This document shows, in pieces, positions 10,508 to 20,607 of a stretch of DNA of 64,000 nt; the first letter of the stretch is position 1; every line of letters begins with the position of its first letter. The DNA lies in assembly GCA_016699105.1 (NCBI GenBank), contig CP064960.1, forward strand, positions 8,727-72,726, written 5' to 3'. The position numbers were made by a program, and so were the translations under genes. This DNA comes from a bacterium (GTDB lineage: Bacteria > Patescibacteriota > Saccharimonadia > UBA4664). The notes under the pieces were generated by a model. That model was not told the DNA's origin. It did not search any database and worked only from the letters and a program-made list of their open reading frames with translations.

Positions 10508-10979
10508 GGGGCTCCGCTCGGGCGCGACTAACTTGCTGCGCTATCCCACCTGCTAGTAATTTGGTCGTAGATCCTTTCGGCTTCACCATCTTTGTCGTCA
10601 CTGACATGTACAAGATACCGAGCAGCCCATAAGCATCTGGGTATTTTGCCACTCGCCTCATGGCAGATATCGCCTCTGAAACAGAAAGGTCCTCACCCTT
10701 AATGAGTCGAGTGGATACCTCCGAGGCTAATTGCTTGGTCGGGTGGTTGAGTTTATCCAGACATACCGTTAGAAGTTCAATTCGCGCACTTTCGCTAACT
10801 TGCTTCTGGACATTCGTTGGCAGATAACAGAGTTCGTACATTATCGCGAAAACAGAATTATTAGAAAACGCCGCCGCTTTTGCAATTAATTCGTGTGCTC
10901 GGGTCTCATCGTTGTACGGGAAGTTTGCGTCGATTTCATCTAGAAATTCGAGCTCCTTGGTTGAGATATCGGCGCTCAT
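10314..10979 (-). CDS. Hypothetical protein (C-terminal about 60 aa is probably read-through)
   Basis: 221-aa ORF; low-complexity tail overlaps the 3' end of the convergent plus-strand gene. Confidence 0.25.
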   Translation of the reverse strand: MSADISTKELEFLDEIDANFPYNDETRAHELIAKAAAFSNNSVFAIMYELCYLPTNVQKQVSESARIELLTVCLDKLNHPTKQLASEVSTRLIKGEDLSVSEAISAMRRVAKYPDAYGLLGILYMSVTTKMVKPKGSTTKLLAGGIAQQVSRARAEPLIPNHSTPSRPPDRSRPAKSHPSCHASTAVTRPSWWYKNTSHPPRQSCAKSSCEFAAATWRYHR

Positions 10980-11219
10980 GACTCGGTTGTACCATCGACA
11001 TTACCGCTTATCTCAAAGGTAAATCCTCGTCCAGCATCGGCATGATCTTGAGTGACAAACTTTCTCGCCGCAACGTAGTCATCGTGCAGATCGGCTGCAT
11101 TCGGCTCAAAATTGATCGAATCAATCGAGAGCAGCTTATTTACGATATTCACGCCCCAAAGGGTCAGTCCTTTGATTCGGCCCAATCCAGTACCTCAACC
11201 GCAGTTTTGGGGTCAAATA

Positions 11220-11799
11220 TCAATGCCCCGTGAGAGATTTCTCCGAGCGCTCGTGTAAAGAATTCCTCCGGATTGGAGCGTCCTCATCATCCGGGGATAC
11301 ATAAAGGTCAATATCAATTGTCGATCCAAGACGGGAAATTCGTTTGACTTCGTCCGCTTCAAACCAAATGCCGGGCGACCAATCACGGCACCAATAGTAG
11401 TAGCCTACCTGGGTCGGATATTTAGCGGACAACTTAGCGATTTCAGCCTCGTGTGGTTCGAGGATCGATAGAAGGTTCTGGAGATGCACTTCAGGTCTCT
11501 CGGTTTCGGGAAGAGCCGATTCAAGCAACCAGAAGTTTTCTTTGATTTTGTATTTTGGGCGTCGGACGGGATCGGGCACATCGTTTTCTTCCGACCTTGG
11601 TCGGGGTTATGCCAATGATTTTAGTAATTTCGTCTGGGTCGACGTCAAACTCGTACACGCCAAAACTGAGGCGCGTTTCGTCTTTGGTGTTAATACCGGC
11701 TCGACGGTGGCTTGAATCGTTTGAGGGTTTTGTCATTGTGGGAATATTAGCATGATTAACCTTTATTCTGTTGTTAAGTTGCCGCACGCGGCGATTCAT
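11220..11799 (-). CDS. DUF4279 domain protein, frameshifted around 11521-11579
   Basis: LSFGVYEFDVDPDEITKIIGITPTKVGRK...YYYWCRDWSPGIWFEADEVKRISRLGSTIDIDLYV matches the DUF4279 signature (D.PDEIT...PT, C-terminal IDIDLY). Confidence 0.5.
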
Positions 11800-11888
11800 A
11801 CTTTCCTAAATCATCAAAAATAAACGGCTATGGATGATTGCGCCGTAATTAACACCACGAGCGGCACCAGGGGGAGTGATGACCCACT

Positions 11889-12515
11889 TTAACGATACCA
11901 CCCGGCTCTTTCGTTATCTTCAGCGGAGTAGAATATGCTTTCAACACTCTCATTATTCATCCTTGCAGTGATCATTGCCTTAATATCGTCATCGGTCAAA
12001 ACGATGATCATCCAATGGGGCGGATATAGATGCCAATGCCGTATAGCGTTGATAGCCTGGCTGCTTGGGAGTTGGCGTGTCAGGATTACCCTGAAAAGCC
12101 CATGCTCGGGTATCTCGTAGTCTTTAGCCTGGAGAACCTCAGAGTTGCCTATCGGTTTGGCGTCACTATAGTTTTTACATTCAAACACGATTGTATGCGT
12201 AGTGTATTTAGATTGAGACTGGCCCAATAATTACTTGTCGGGTTTGTTCTAGGCCTGTTTTTGACAAGAATATCCATACGTTGATGCCTATCCCAAGTGG
12301 TAGCTTGCTGCTCTAGATTGAACGCCTCAAAGCATTCGTCTAAACAGTACTTTAGAATTTCGGCACATATATCTTCGTATTGCCTCCACCCCGCAAAGCC
12401 CTTTTGGCAACCGTCGAGTTTACTAATTAACTCTGTCCCCCTTGAGGTGATGAGTTGGGACTTTTTAGCCTCAGGCGAAAAGGGATCAGATTGGCCTAGC
12501 TGTGAATCTTTACAA
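11889..12515 (-). CDS. Mrr-cat-like restriction endonuclease domain protein, frameshift near 12230; no start codon identified
   Basis: ...QRMDILVKNRP and TIVFECKNY resemble the Mrr catalytic core (D...(Q/E)CK.Y). Reading frame continues upstream of the annotated ORF in a second frame. Confidence 0.35.
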
Positions 12516-12743
12516 CTGAAATTGGCTCAGATTTAGGCTTCACTTGCGTAAGCCTCCATCATCGCGAGCGCCTCATCGAGTGAGCCCTGCCTAGCTGCTT
12601 CAAGTGCATTCACTTTTCTCAGGCTCTCAAGACGTGGCTCAAAACCAGTTGGCGCCTTCGACTTTTCTGCCAGATCGCTTATACCAAGCTTCAAGTTTAT
12701 CTAGGGCCAGGAAGTTTTTGCTTTTGCCAATCGCTCAAAGTAC

Positions 12744-13082
12744 TCATAGGCCAGGGACCAGATGTACGATGAATAGTTTAGATACTCGCCCCTGATCTTT
12801 TCTCAATAAATCTAGCGACACATCTAAAAGTTTGATGAATTCTTGAATATAGCGTTCATTGAGTCGTGTTAATGGTCGACCGAACTCCTTGTCGTGCAGT
12901 TCGTGCTCCAGAGGACCGACCTCATGCATCCCCATTTCCTCAACATGTGGAGCGGCACGTTCTTTTATCTGCTCAAAGCGCCAAATAGCGGCGTCCCTAT
13001 CGCTGAACAGCACAATTAATACTTCGTTCGCTGCGACGGCTAGCGGAGAGTATTTTGGGTCGCCGTCGTGCTGCCGGAACAA
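12744..13082 (-). CDS. Hypothetical protein
   Basis: 112-aa ORF. Confidence 0.3.
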   Translation of the reverse strand: MFRQHDGDPKYSPLAVAANEVLIVLFSDRDAAIWRFEQIKERAAPHVEEMGMHEVGPLEHELHDKEFGRPLTRLNERYIQEFIKLLDVSLDLLRKDQGRVSKLFIVHLVPGL

Positions 13083-13098
13083 TTTACGAAAATAACGT

Positions 13099-13476
13099 TT
13101 ATATTGTGTATCGCTGCGTTATCAGCTTAGACATCGCCCGTAAAGATGACTCTCGCTCATACACGCTGAATTTAATGTCTTCGACAAATGACTTCAGGAC
13201 TGGTATCGCAGTAGTTAAGATAGTGCCGGCCTTCAGGCATTCCTCGATCATATGGACATACGAATTCGGCATGTAGTATCTGGTATCATGGCGCTTATCC
13301 AGGTACCGTTTATTCAGCTCCACTATGTCCGACAACTCGATCTTGCCAAGCAAATCAAATAATAGCTTGCGATCGTCGTCATAGGCGAAGGGGATAAAAT
13401 TGATTAGATTTTGTTCATATTTTGTGCGGACAGTCTCCGCACCAACCAGCTCAACCGCACTCGCAGAGCGTCGCAA
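13099..13476 (-). CDS. Hypothetical protein
   Basis: 125-aa ORF. Confidence 0.3.
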   Translation of the reverse strand: MRRSASAVELVGAETVRTKYEQNLINFIPFAYDDDRKLLFDLLGKIELSDIVELNKRYLDKRHDTRYYMPNSYVHMIEECLKAGTILTTAIPVLKSFVEDIKFSVYERESSLRAMSKLITQRYTI

Positions 13477-13584
13477 TAATAGTGAGCATATTGGGTGATT
13501 GTGTAGTTGGTAGTAGAGCTTGACTCGTCACGGCTATTAATTCGACCTTGATTTCCTTAGGGTCCATCCTATCTAGCACCACCT

Positions 13585-14074
13585 CTACGGCAAGATGCTT
13601 GAGTCTCTCAACGTCCCTCTCGGTGATTTTGCCCGCCAGAGTATCCTTATCATGGATATATGTTCGAAATACTGTTGGAATATACTGATCTTTTCGGGCT
13701 CAAGGGCAATTCTAAAATTGTCATACAGATCATTTGCTCTTTGGCTATTTCTTTGCATGAGCCTGCAATGCGGCAGAGTTATCACTGATTATCCTGCGCT
13801 TTATTGCGTCATCTCGTATTGATTCTGCATCCTCCTGTACCAGTAAACTTATTAAGTTCTTAGCACTCGCCTCATCTGTTCGAGACTTATACCTTTCGTA
13901 TATCTCCAGATAATTATTGAGTGAAATTGTCTTGGATAATAACTTGGATAATGAGTATATATTCTCTTTGTCTTCGAGAGCTTCATATACTTCTTGCTGC
14001 ATACGTTGTTTCGTTTGAAAGAACATATTCAACAAGCTTATCGGTGAAATATGACCGCTCCGCATAGTATCCAT
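13585..14074 (-). CDS. Hypothetical protein (two overlapping frames, probably one gene)
   Basis: ORFs 13745..14074 and 13585..13785 overlap on the same strand. Confidence 0.25.
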
Positions 14075-14213
14075 GACTCTCTCCGTAGGCTCTCAGAATA
14101 AACGCTTTTACGGGCTCCAGTAGTCGTTTAGGATTTTGAGACTTTAATACATTTAGGATTTTGTCGTCCTGATGGCGCTCTCTGTCATTAAAGATGGATT
14201 CCCATCGAGAAAT

Positions 14214-15485
14214 TTATGAACATAGGCATCTTTTTGACCCCAAAATGGAGAAGAAGTTGCGGAGACCTGTCTCTGTTGTGATCTCATAGAAGCCATATCT
14301 CGCATATATTTCGCACCCCATGAGTAGTCCATCGGCCAAGTATTGAATGGTCTTTTTTGAATTAGGGGCAACTTCATAGCAGAAAATTAGGAATGCTTCG
14401 TGTACTAGTTTGTCGGGATGTTTGCTAGCAGGGGTGAGCCTATCAATATCCTTGCTCCTGTTGAACTTCCTAAGAGCACGCAAGGAACGACGCTGAAGCA
14501 CGCCGTTGTCCGATGAGTCGTTTGCGAACTGAATTAATAATTCGTGCCAGTAGTCATCCGGAGTGTCCAGCAACGAAGGGTTTACGGAAAGTATTTCATC
14601 TAAGATGCCGACGGCATTACCCATTTCAACGATGCGCTCCGTTTCGGTACCGCTGCCCTTGAGCAAGTCCTTATTCAATACGGAGATTTCGTTACTAGTC
14701 GCGAACCGAGAAAGGATATGTTCGGCTCCGTCCGGCAGCCAAATCTGCTTATCTTTGTAGAGTTTATATAGGAAAATGAAAAATTTATGCTTTTCATTTT
14801 CGTCTAAGATATCTTCCAGCCCCGCTAAGGCGATTGAATTAAGAAGATCTTCAACGACGACAGAGGGATTTCTCCGCAAGAGGCGCGCGAACCAACCACA
14901 GAGCCCAACATGCTGCGGGAATTGCAGTAGCAAACCGAGTACTTCATACCAATTCGGTGCAATTGCAATTTTCTTGCCATTTCGAGCAAAAATCGTCTCT
15001 AACAATGTTGGTGGACTGGCAACCTCAGCGATGTATAGGGCGGAGTAAAAAGAGTGAACCGAGGGATGGTAAAAAGTTACCAATTCTGATTCAAGAGACA
15101 ATATCCTTAACTCAATTAGATGCTCAATATCACCATGATCGAGAAAGCGTTCTGTTTCGGACAGAGAAAGGCTCACTACTTGCATGAGCTCCATCGCGAA
15201 TGCGAAGCGGCTCAATACGGTGCTAACGGCTTTATTGCCTACTAGCTGCTCATCGAGGTAAATAAAGAATCCTGCGCGACTAAACTTGACGATATTCCGA
15301 CTACTGACATAATCGCCGACCAGAGAAAGAAAATATCTATCTGATAATAAGCTGTGGAATAGGCTCGCTCTCCAAAATTGCCTGACGATTTCTTCGGGCA
15401 AGTTGGAGTTCTCGCCGGGTAGCCGGCCCCTTAGATAAATGGCCTGGTCTTGAGAGGACACTTCATTGTTATTGAAACTACTCAT
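14214..15485 (-). CDS. Hypothetical 423-aa alpha-helical protein, third gene of PLD-nuclease operon
   Basis: Large ORF with start overlapping the upstream 72-aa gene (ATGA-type coupling); no known motif recognised. Confidence 0.4.
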   Translation of the reverse strand: MSSFNNNEVSSQDQAIYLRGRLPGENSNLPEEIVRQFWRASLFHSLLSDRYFLSLVGDYVSSRNIVKFSRAGFFIYLDEQLVGNKAVSTVLSRFAFAMELMQVVSLSLSETERFLDHGDIEHLIELRILSLESELVTFYHPSVHSFYSALYIAEVASPPTLLETIFARNGKKIAIAPNWYEVLGLLLQFPQHVGLCGWFARLLRRNPSVVVEDLLNSIALAGLEDILDENEKHKFFIFLYKLYKDKQIWLPDGAEHILSRFATSNEISVLNKDLLKGSGTETERIVEMGNAVGILDEILSVNPSLLDTPDDYWHELLIQFANDSSDNGVLQRRSLRALRKFNRSKDIDRLTPASKHPDKLVHEAFLIFCYEVAPNSKKTIQYLADGLLMGCEIYARYGFYEITTETGLRNFFSILGSKRCLCS

Positions 15486-15700
15486 ATCTCCATTCCTCCG
15501 CGTTTGCCTGAGATGGCCATGTAAAGTTCATCCAGTATTTCAGGATTTGTATGAGCAATCCTTTTGTAACTCGCCTTCAAATATTCAAGCATCTCAACCG
15601 CAAACTCCCGGTTGGCATTCTCGGGGTGGAAGATGCGCAGGTAGTTTACCGTGGCCTCAACGTCTTTTTCGGTGATTTGGTAGTCGCTCATATCTTGCAT
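15482..15700 (-). CDS. Hypothetical 72-aa protein, middle gene of PLD-nuclease operon
   Basis: Small ORF 8 nt downstream of the PLD gene, overlapping the next gene. Confidence 0.35.
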   Translation of the reverse strand: MQDMSDYQITEKDVEATVNYLRIFHPENANREFAVEMLEYLKASYKRIAHTNPEILDELYMAISGKRGGMEI

Positions 15701-15707
15701 GATTGTA

Positions 15708-16205
15708 TCACCAAGTCCATTTCTTCAGACCGGCAAATTGGATCATCTGTCCGCACAGTTCTTCGGACTGGGTGCGGCGCATGACTTCGCGGCTGTTATT
15801 TTGGCTCAGGATGTTCAGACTCCCCTCCCACAAGATTTCGCCGTCGATGGCGGCCAGCTTGCGGTGTCGCAGATCGTCGCATGTATTCACCTTCACGCCT
15901 GCGGCCCGGAGCTGCTTGAGCGCCACCCAGGCTTGGATGCGCAGGTACTCGTCGTGGTGGTTGGGGTTGCGGGTATTGATACGCACCTTCACGCCGTGGC
16001 GGGTGAGCTTTGCCAGTACCGGCAGCAGTTGGTTTGTGCGCCGGGTGGTGAGATATGGGCTTTCGATGATGACTTCGCGTTTGGCGCGTTTGAGATCATT
16101 GATGAACGCGCCGTAAAACCGGCGCTCATCGTAGAGCTTTGACGTGAGGATGGCGGCCGGGTTGGGTTGACGGCGGAAGATGCTAAACATGCTCCACCTC
16201 CCCAT
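15708..16205 (-). CDS. Phospholipase D-family (HKD) endonuclease, Nuc/BfiI-like single-HKD protein
   Basis: HRKLAAIDGEILWEGSLNILSQNNS contains H-x-K-x4-D plus the GS.N tail of the PLD nuclease motif; 165 aa. Confidence 0.6.
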   Translation of the reverse strand: MGRWSMFSIFRRQPNPAAILTSKLYDERRFYGAFINDLKRAKREVIIESPYLTTRRTNQLLPVLAKLTRHGVKVRINTRNPNHHDEYLRIQAWVALKQLRAAGVKVNTCDDLRHRKLAAIDGEILWEGSLNILSQNNSREVMRRTQSEELCGQMIQFAGLKKWTW

Positions 16206-16285
16206 CGCCGACGCCGAGCTCTTCGAGCCGAGTGCTGAGTTGTACCAAACTAGGCCACAATGTGTTCCACATGCGTCCCGTTTGG

Positions 16286-16334
16286 CCTACCAAAGAAAAA
16301 CCCTCACGATATGTGGGGGTTTTTCTTTGGTAGG
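16286..16334. terminator. 18-bp perfect inverted repeat hairpin (cctaccaaagaaaaaccc / gggtttttctttggtagg)
   Basis: Read directly; lies between the island boundary and core genes. Confidence 0.45.
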
Positions 16335-16485
16335 TGTTCACGCGGGGAGGAGAACTGTATGGTTCGGTGGATGAGGAGCGCAGGGAACGGACAAGTTCAC
16401 TTGGACGATTTCCGAGCACCACAAGGAGGTGGCGTTAGCCACACTCCGTATGGGACTACCAGGAGTTATTGAAAATGATATGTTG

Positions 16486-17577
16486 CTAGCGATCGCTTGA
16501 CTGGATAATCTGGGGCGAGTCGCTTGAGCAGAACCCGATGCAATCGTTACTGGACATTGTTTGGATATATTGGCGCAGGTTGTCTTGCAGACTTGGTGTA
16601 GCGACGAACAGGGTGAGGACGGCACTGACGGCAATAGTAACAATTGTGACAGCCAAGACACCAACCCACGAGCGCGGCTGAGCTGGTTTACTTCGGGAGT
16701 AGCGATAGGTATCGGAAGCAATAAACAACGCTGGCACGGCTAGTACGATATAGACAGCCGCAATCATGGCGCCGAGTATCCAGGGCTGAATGGTCGGCTG
16801 GAACTGAATGCCAAAAATCAGGCCGGTGGCGATGAGCGACAGGCCACCCGATACGGCAACGGCAGTCAGCACCATGAGCCCTAGAACTGCCATAGCAGCA
16901 ATCACGCCGGCCGTTCCCCTGAGCAGCTGGCGCAGGGCGGCGCCGGCGGCGCTAAACGCCGGGCGGTTTTCTTCAACTACGTGCTCCCAGTGCTCTTTGT
17001 TGGCTACTTCGGCGTATTTTTTGCGCGCTTGGCCGATGAGCTCTTGGGAGTTGAACGACTCGCCACGCGCAGCCGCCTTTTTCTTCGGGGTTTTGGCGGT
17101 GGGAGCAACCATCATCACCACAATGTAGCCAGCAGCCGCAGCTCCACTCGTAATAAAGAGGAGGCCGAGCATCAAGAGCCGGACGATTGTGACATCAGCA
17201 TTAAAGTAGGCTGCCAGGCCCGTGCATACACCGCCAACCATTGATTGATCTTTGATGAGAAAGAACCGCTTGGGCGGCCGCGGGGTGTCTTTGCTGGCTT
17301 TGGTTTTGGTATCGGCATCATCCGGTTCAGCCACTGGCCCCATGTCGTGCAGCAAGGCTGTAACCTCCTTGTCGAGCACCACATTTTTGGTTCCACTGAT
17401 GGTTGATTCGCATTTGTCAGCTAGGGCTTGTTCCAAATCGGCCAGAATTTCTTCACGGTCTGGGTCTGCTTTCAATCGGGCATGGGCATCGACGAGGTAA
17501 TCGTTAAGCTGATTGTAGCCATGTTCTTCCAACTGGAACGCCCGGCCATGTAAGTTGATAGTGATTACCTTGTTCAC
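16486..17577 (-). CDS. PspC-domain membrane protein with N-terminal HAAS-like domain (PadR partner)
   Basis: MVGGVCTGLAAYFNADVTIVRLLMLGLLFITSG matches the PspC domain. N-terminal EEILADLEQALADK is HAAS-like. GTG start overlapping the PadR stop (GTGA) with an aggagg RBS. Confidence 0.55.
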   Translation of the reverse strand: MNKVITINLHGRAFQLEEHGYNQLNDYLVDAHARLKADPDREEILADLEQALADKCESTISGTKNVVLDKEVTALLHDMGPVAEPDDADTKTKASKDTPRPPKRFFLIKDQSMVGGVCTGLAAYFNADVTIVRLLMLGLLFITSGAAAAGYIVVMMVAPTAKTPKKKAAARGESFNSQELIGQARKKYAEVANKEHWEHVVEENRPAFSAAGAALRQLLRGTAGVIAAMAVLGLMVLTAVAVSGGLSLIATGLIFGIQFQPTIQPWILGAMIAAVYIVLAVPALFIASDTYRYSRSKPAQPRSWVGVLAVTIVTIAVSAVLTLFVATPSLQDNLRQYIQTMSSNDCIGFCSSDSPQIIQSSDR

Positions 17578-17903
17578 GATGCGCCTCCTAAGCGTGCGAT
17601 GGTTTGATGTAATGATATCCAATAAGTTTCTAGTTCGGCAAGCTTTGATTGTCCGCCGGGTGTGAGGTGAAAGTATTTGCGGGGCGGACCAGCCTCGGAT
17701 TCTATCCATTCGTAATCAATCAAGCCGTCGCGGCGCAGGCGACTTACCAGCGGGTACAGGGTACCTTCACCGGTGACAAAATCGGTATCGGCCAGAGCAG
17801 CCAAGATATCAGCGGCATAGACTTTTTTGGCCGATATGACTTTGAGCACCACAAACTCGAGCAGCCCGCGGCGGAGTTGACCAAATTTTTCGGCGTCGTT
17901 CAT
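17574..17903 (-). CDS. PadR family transcriptional regulator
   Basis: LRRGLLEFVVLKVI...GEGTLYPLVSRLRRDGLIDYEWIESEAGPPRKYFHLTPGG is a canonical PadR wHTH. Confidence 0.8.
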   Translation of the reverse strand: MNDAEKFGQLRRGLLEFVVLKVISAKKVYAADILAALADTDFVTGEGTLYPLVSRLRRDGLIDYEWIESEAGPPRKYFHLTPGGQSKLAELETYWISLHQTIARLGGAS

Positions 17904-18022
17904 GATAGTACCTTATCACAACAAGGTACTATTGTAAATAGTTCCATTGATATCCCGACTTGCGACTATCATCGGACGGCTACCAATAAGATACCTTTGT
18001 GCAACTAAGCTGTATGAAATAA

Positions 18023-18460
18023 CTAGGCAGTTTTCGGAGCGACAGGATTAATGCCCAGCTTTGTTTGAATCATATCAAGCACTTCACGCGGGGTGTAATC
18101 GGCTTTGACGAGATAATCGGCGCCATAACTTTGGGCAGTTTTGCGGTCTTCGGGATTGGATGAATTGGTGAGCACCATGACCGGCATGGTCGAGAAATCA
18201 AAGTTGTCACCAGCAAGGGCGCTTAAGAGTTCGAGACCAGTAAGTTCGGGCATGTTGATATCAAGCAACAACAAACTTGGGGCATTTAGTTTAACAGCTT
18301 CGTAGGCATCCCGGCCATTGGCTTTGACGATGACACGTAAACCAGCGCTTTCGAGTTTGATTTGGTACATTCTCGAAATAAACGGATCGTCTTCGGCTAC
18401 CAAGACTACCTTTCGGTCATCGACTGGTGCGGCGGGTACGGGATTTGCTTGTATGGCCAT
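18023..18460 (-). CDS. Single-domain response regulator (CheY-like receiver)
   Basis: VLVAEDDPF...LLLLDINMPELTGLELL...YLVKADYTPREV; likely start ATG 18460 with aggagg RBS. Confidence 0.75.
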   Translation of the reverse strand: MAIQANPVPAAPVDDRKVVLVAEDDPFISRMYQIKLESAGLRVIVKANGRDAYEAVKLNAPSLLLLDINMPELTGLELLSALAGDNFDFSTMPVMVLTNSSNPEDRKTAQSYGADYLVKADYTPREVLDMIQTKLGINPVAPKTA

Positions 18461-20595
18461 GATTTCCTCCTTGCTTGACGGGTTTTGACGCTTTGGCTGG
18501 CAGGTCAAATCCAAATATCGAACCCTTACCTTCGGTGCTGCTAAATATGAGGGTTCCCCCTTGATCTTCTACTACTCGCTTGGCTAAGTAAAGCCCCAAG
18601 CCTGTTCCGTCTGGACGCACCCCTTGCGCATTTTCGGCGCGGAAGAATTTGCCAAACAACTTGCCCTGAGCCTTACGAGGCACCCCGATGCCCGTATCGT
18701 GCACTTCGAAATGAACACTCTTGGGCGTGCGACTCAGTAATATCCTCACCTCACCGCTGGGCGTATAATAGATAGCATTGTCAATAAAGTTCATGATGAC
18801 CTGTCGGGTTTTATTATCATCGAGGTCGACCAAAGGCCAGGCTTCAGCTGGGGGATTAAATATAAGGGCTATCTTTTTGGCTTCGGCATGCGAGCGCAAT
18901 TGCCGCACTTCGTCGGAGACCATTTTGACGAAGTCGGTGGGTGTAGGTTGGATAATGAAGCGACCAGCCGATAGTCTGGAAACATTGAGAAGGTCAGAGA
19001 TGAGGTTGACCATTCGTTGGCTAGCATCAAAACCATAGCCGACAAATTGATTTTGCATGGCTGTGAGCTTACCGGCATCGCCTTCGGAGAGCATCGACAA
19101 GTAGCCTTTAATAGTTGTAAGTGGTGTGCGCAGTTGATGTGAGGCCATGGAGATAAATTCGTCCTTAGCCTGATCGAGTTCTTTCAGATGACGGTTGGCA
19201 ATGCGCAAACGGTTGGTAGCATGTTCAACTCGCCCCTGAAGGGTAACGTTAAATTCTTTGATTTCCGCAAATGCCTTGGCGTTTTGTAATGCTACTGCTA
19301 GTTGTCGGCTGATAATTTCGAGTACTTTGATATCTTGATCCGAATAGACGTCGCCCGAAAGCTTATCGCCGATGAGTAGATAACCAATAAAATCCTCGCT
19401 CGTCCGCAACATAGTACTAATGCGTAGGTCATGATGCTCAAGAAGCTCTTTGCGCTTGCCGCCTTCGAGCTCGTCAGCGATGATCATCGATTGGTTGAGT
19501 TGGATGAGTTCCGAGCGCTACCATGAGGCGCTTAGGTAATACGCCATAATGCTCACAGCGATAGACCCGGTCATGGTTGAATACTACTATCTGAGCATAG
19601 GATATGTGCATCGATTGACATAAGGTGGGTGAGTGAATGTTTGAGTAGCCGATCGAGGTCGATCTCACTAACGAGGATTTTGGAAGGCGGCATTGAGCAC
19701 CTCTTGGGAATCGTAGTGGTCGCGGTAAAAGATATTGTTGGTGAGGCGCTCGAAAACTCGTCGTAATGGCTGAAATGCAAACAGAGATTACCGCCATGAA
19801 ACTATATGCCATAACTGGCGTCGGACGCCGAGGTATTTGGCCCAAAAACATATCGCGATGTTGCGATGAATAGCGCCCCAAAGCTCAATGCAGGCGTACC
19901 AAGGAGCATCACATACATGGCAGTACGGGCGATAACTGCTCGTATATCAAATAACCGGGTACGAATAATGGCATAGGCAATTGAAATCAAGTAGACAAGT
20001 GTAAAGATGGGGCCTAAGTAAACAAATTTATAATTGTTAGCCATGACCGGCAAAATCAAATTACAAATAATGCCCATGCCACAGCAACCGACATGCCCAA
20101 AGAAACTAATTGAATTTGAAGTTTTTGAATGCCACCAGTTTGATAGGATTTGAAAAGTGACAGTAATCCCACCCCGAATAGACCCATGTGATACCAAAGA
20201 CTTTGACGCCAAATATGGTTACAATTTCGCGGTTAGGTGTCACTGACGTAGCGCACACACCTGGGATGGCACTGACTACTGCCGATAAGCCACCGACTAA
20301 TAGTATGAGTCTATCTGGGGAGTATCCGCACTCGTGCAAATGAAGCGTTAAACAATGCGAAAAATGTAGCCGTCAACATGGCGCCCGAATAGCTAAACAA
20401 CGCGGTTGCAAACGTGTATTCGATTGGGACTACCCTGAATAACCCGTTCGTGAATGTCCACGTAGCTACACCAACTGTTAACCCGAAGTAATAACGGAAG
20501 GTTACGCTCTTGGTGTTCCGCAAAAATATCGCAAGTCCCAAGATGAGATTAGAAGCCGCAGCCACAAATAACAATACGCTCGGCAGATCGATCAT
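18417..20595 (-). CDS. Sensor histidine kinase (N-terminal polytopic membrane domain, GAF, HisKA, HATPase_c), split by several frameshifts
   Basis: HisKA H-box SHQLRTPLT, HATPase G-boxes (GTGLGL). GAF remnant and 7TM-like fragments in ORFs 19474..19881, 19802..20212, 20311..20595. Confidence 0.6.
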
Positions 20596-20607
20596 ATTGT
20601 TATTGTA

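Larger units (their letters stand above)
3648..16461. mobile_element. Putative integrated genomic island (about 12.8 kb) at the 3' end of tRNA-Glu; decayed
   Basis: Serine recombinase directly 3' of the tRNA; cargo of hypothetical, plasmid-like and nuclease genes mostly on one strand. Degenerate copy of the tRNA 3' end (ctccgtatgggactacca, 16444-16461, versus ctccccgtgggactacca, 3630-3647) at the far boundary, just before core genes resume. Confidence 0.5.

Noticed and set aside
15699-16142. ORFs 15699..16142 and 15703..16116 (+) antisense to the PLD nuclease
   Set aside because: Antisense to a gene with a clear HKD motif; low-complexity Arg/Ala-rich translations.
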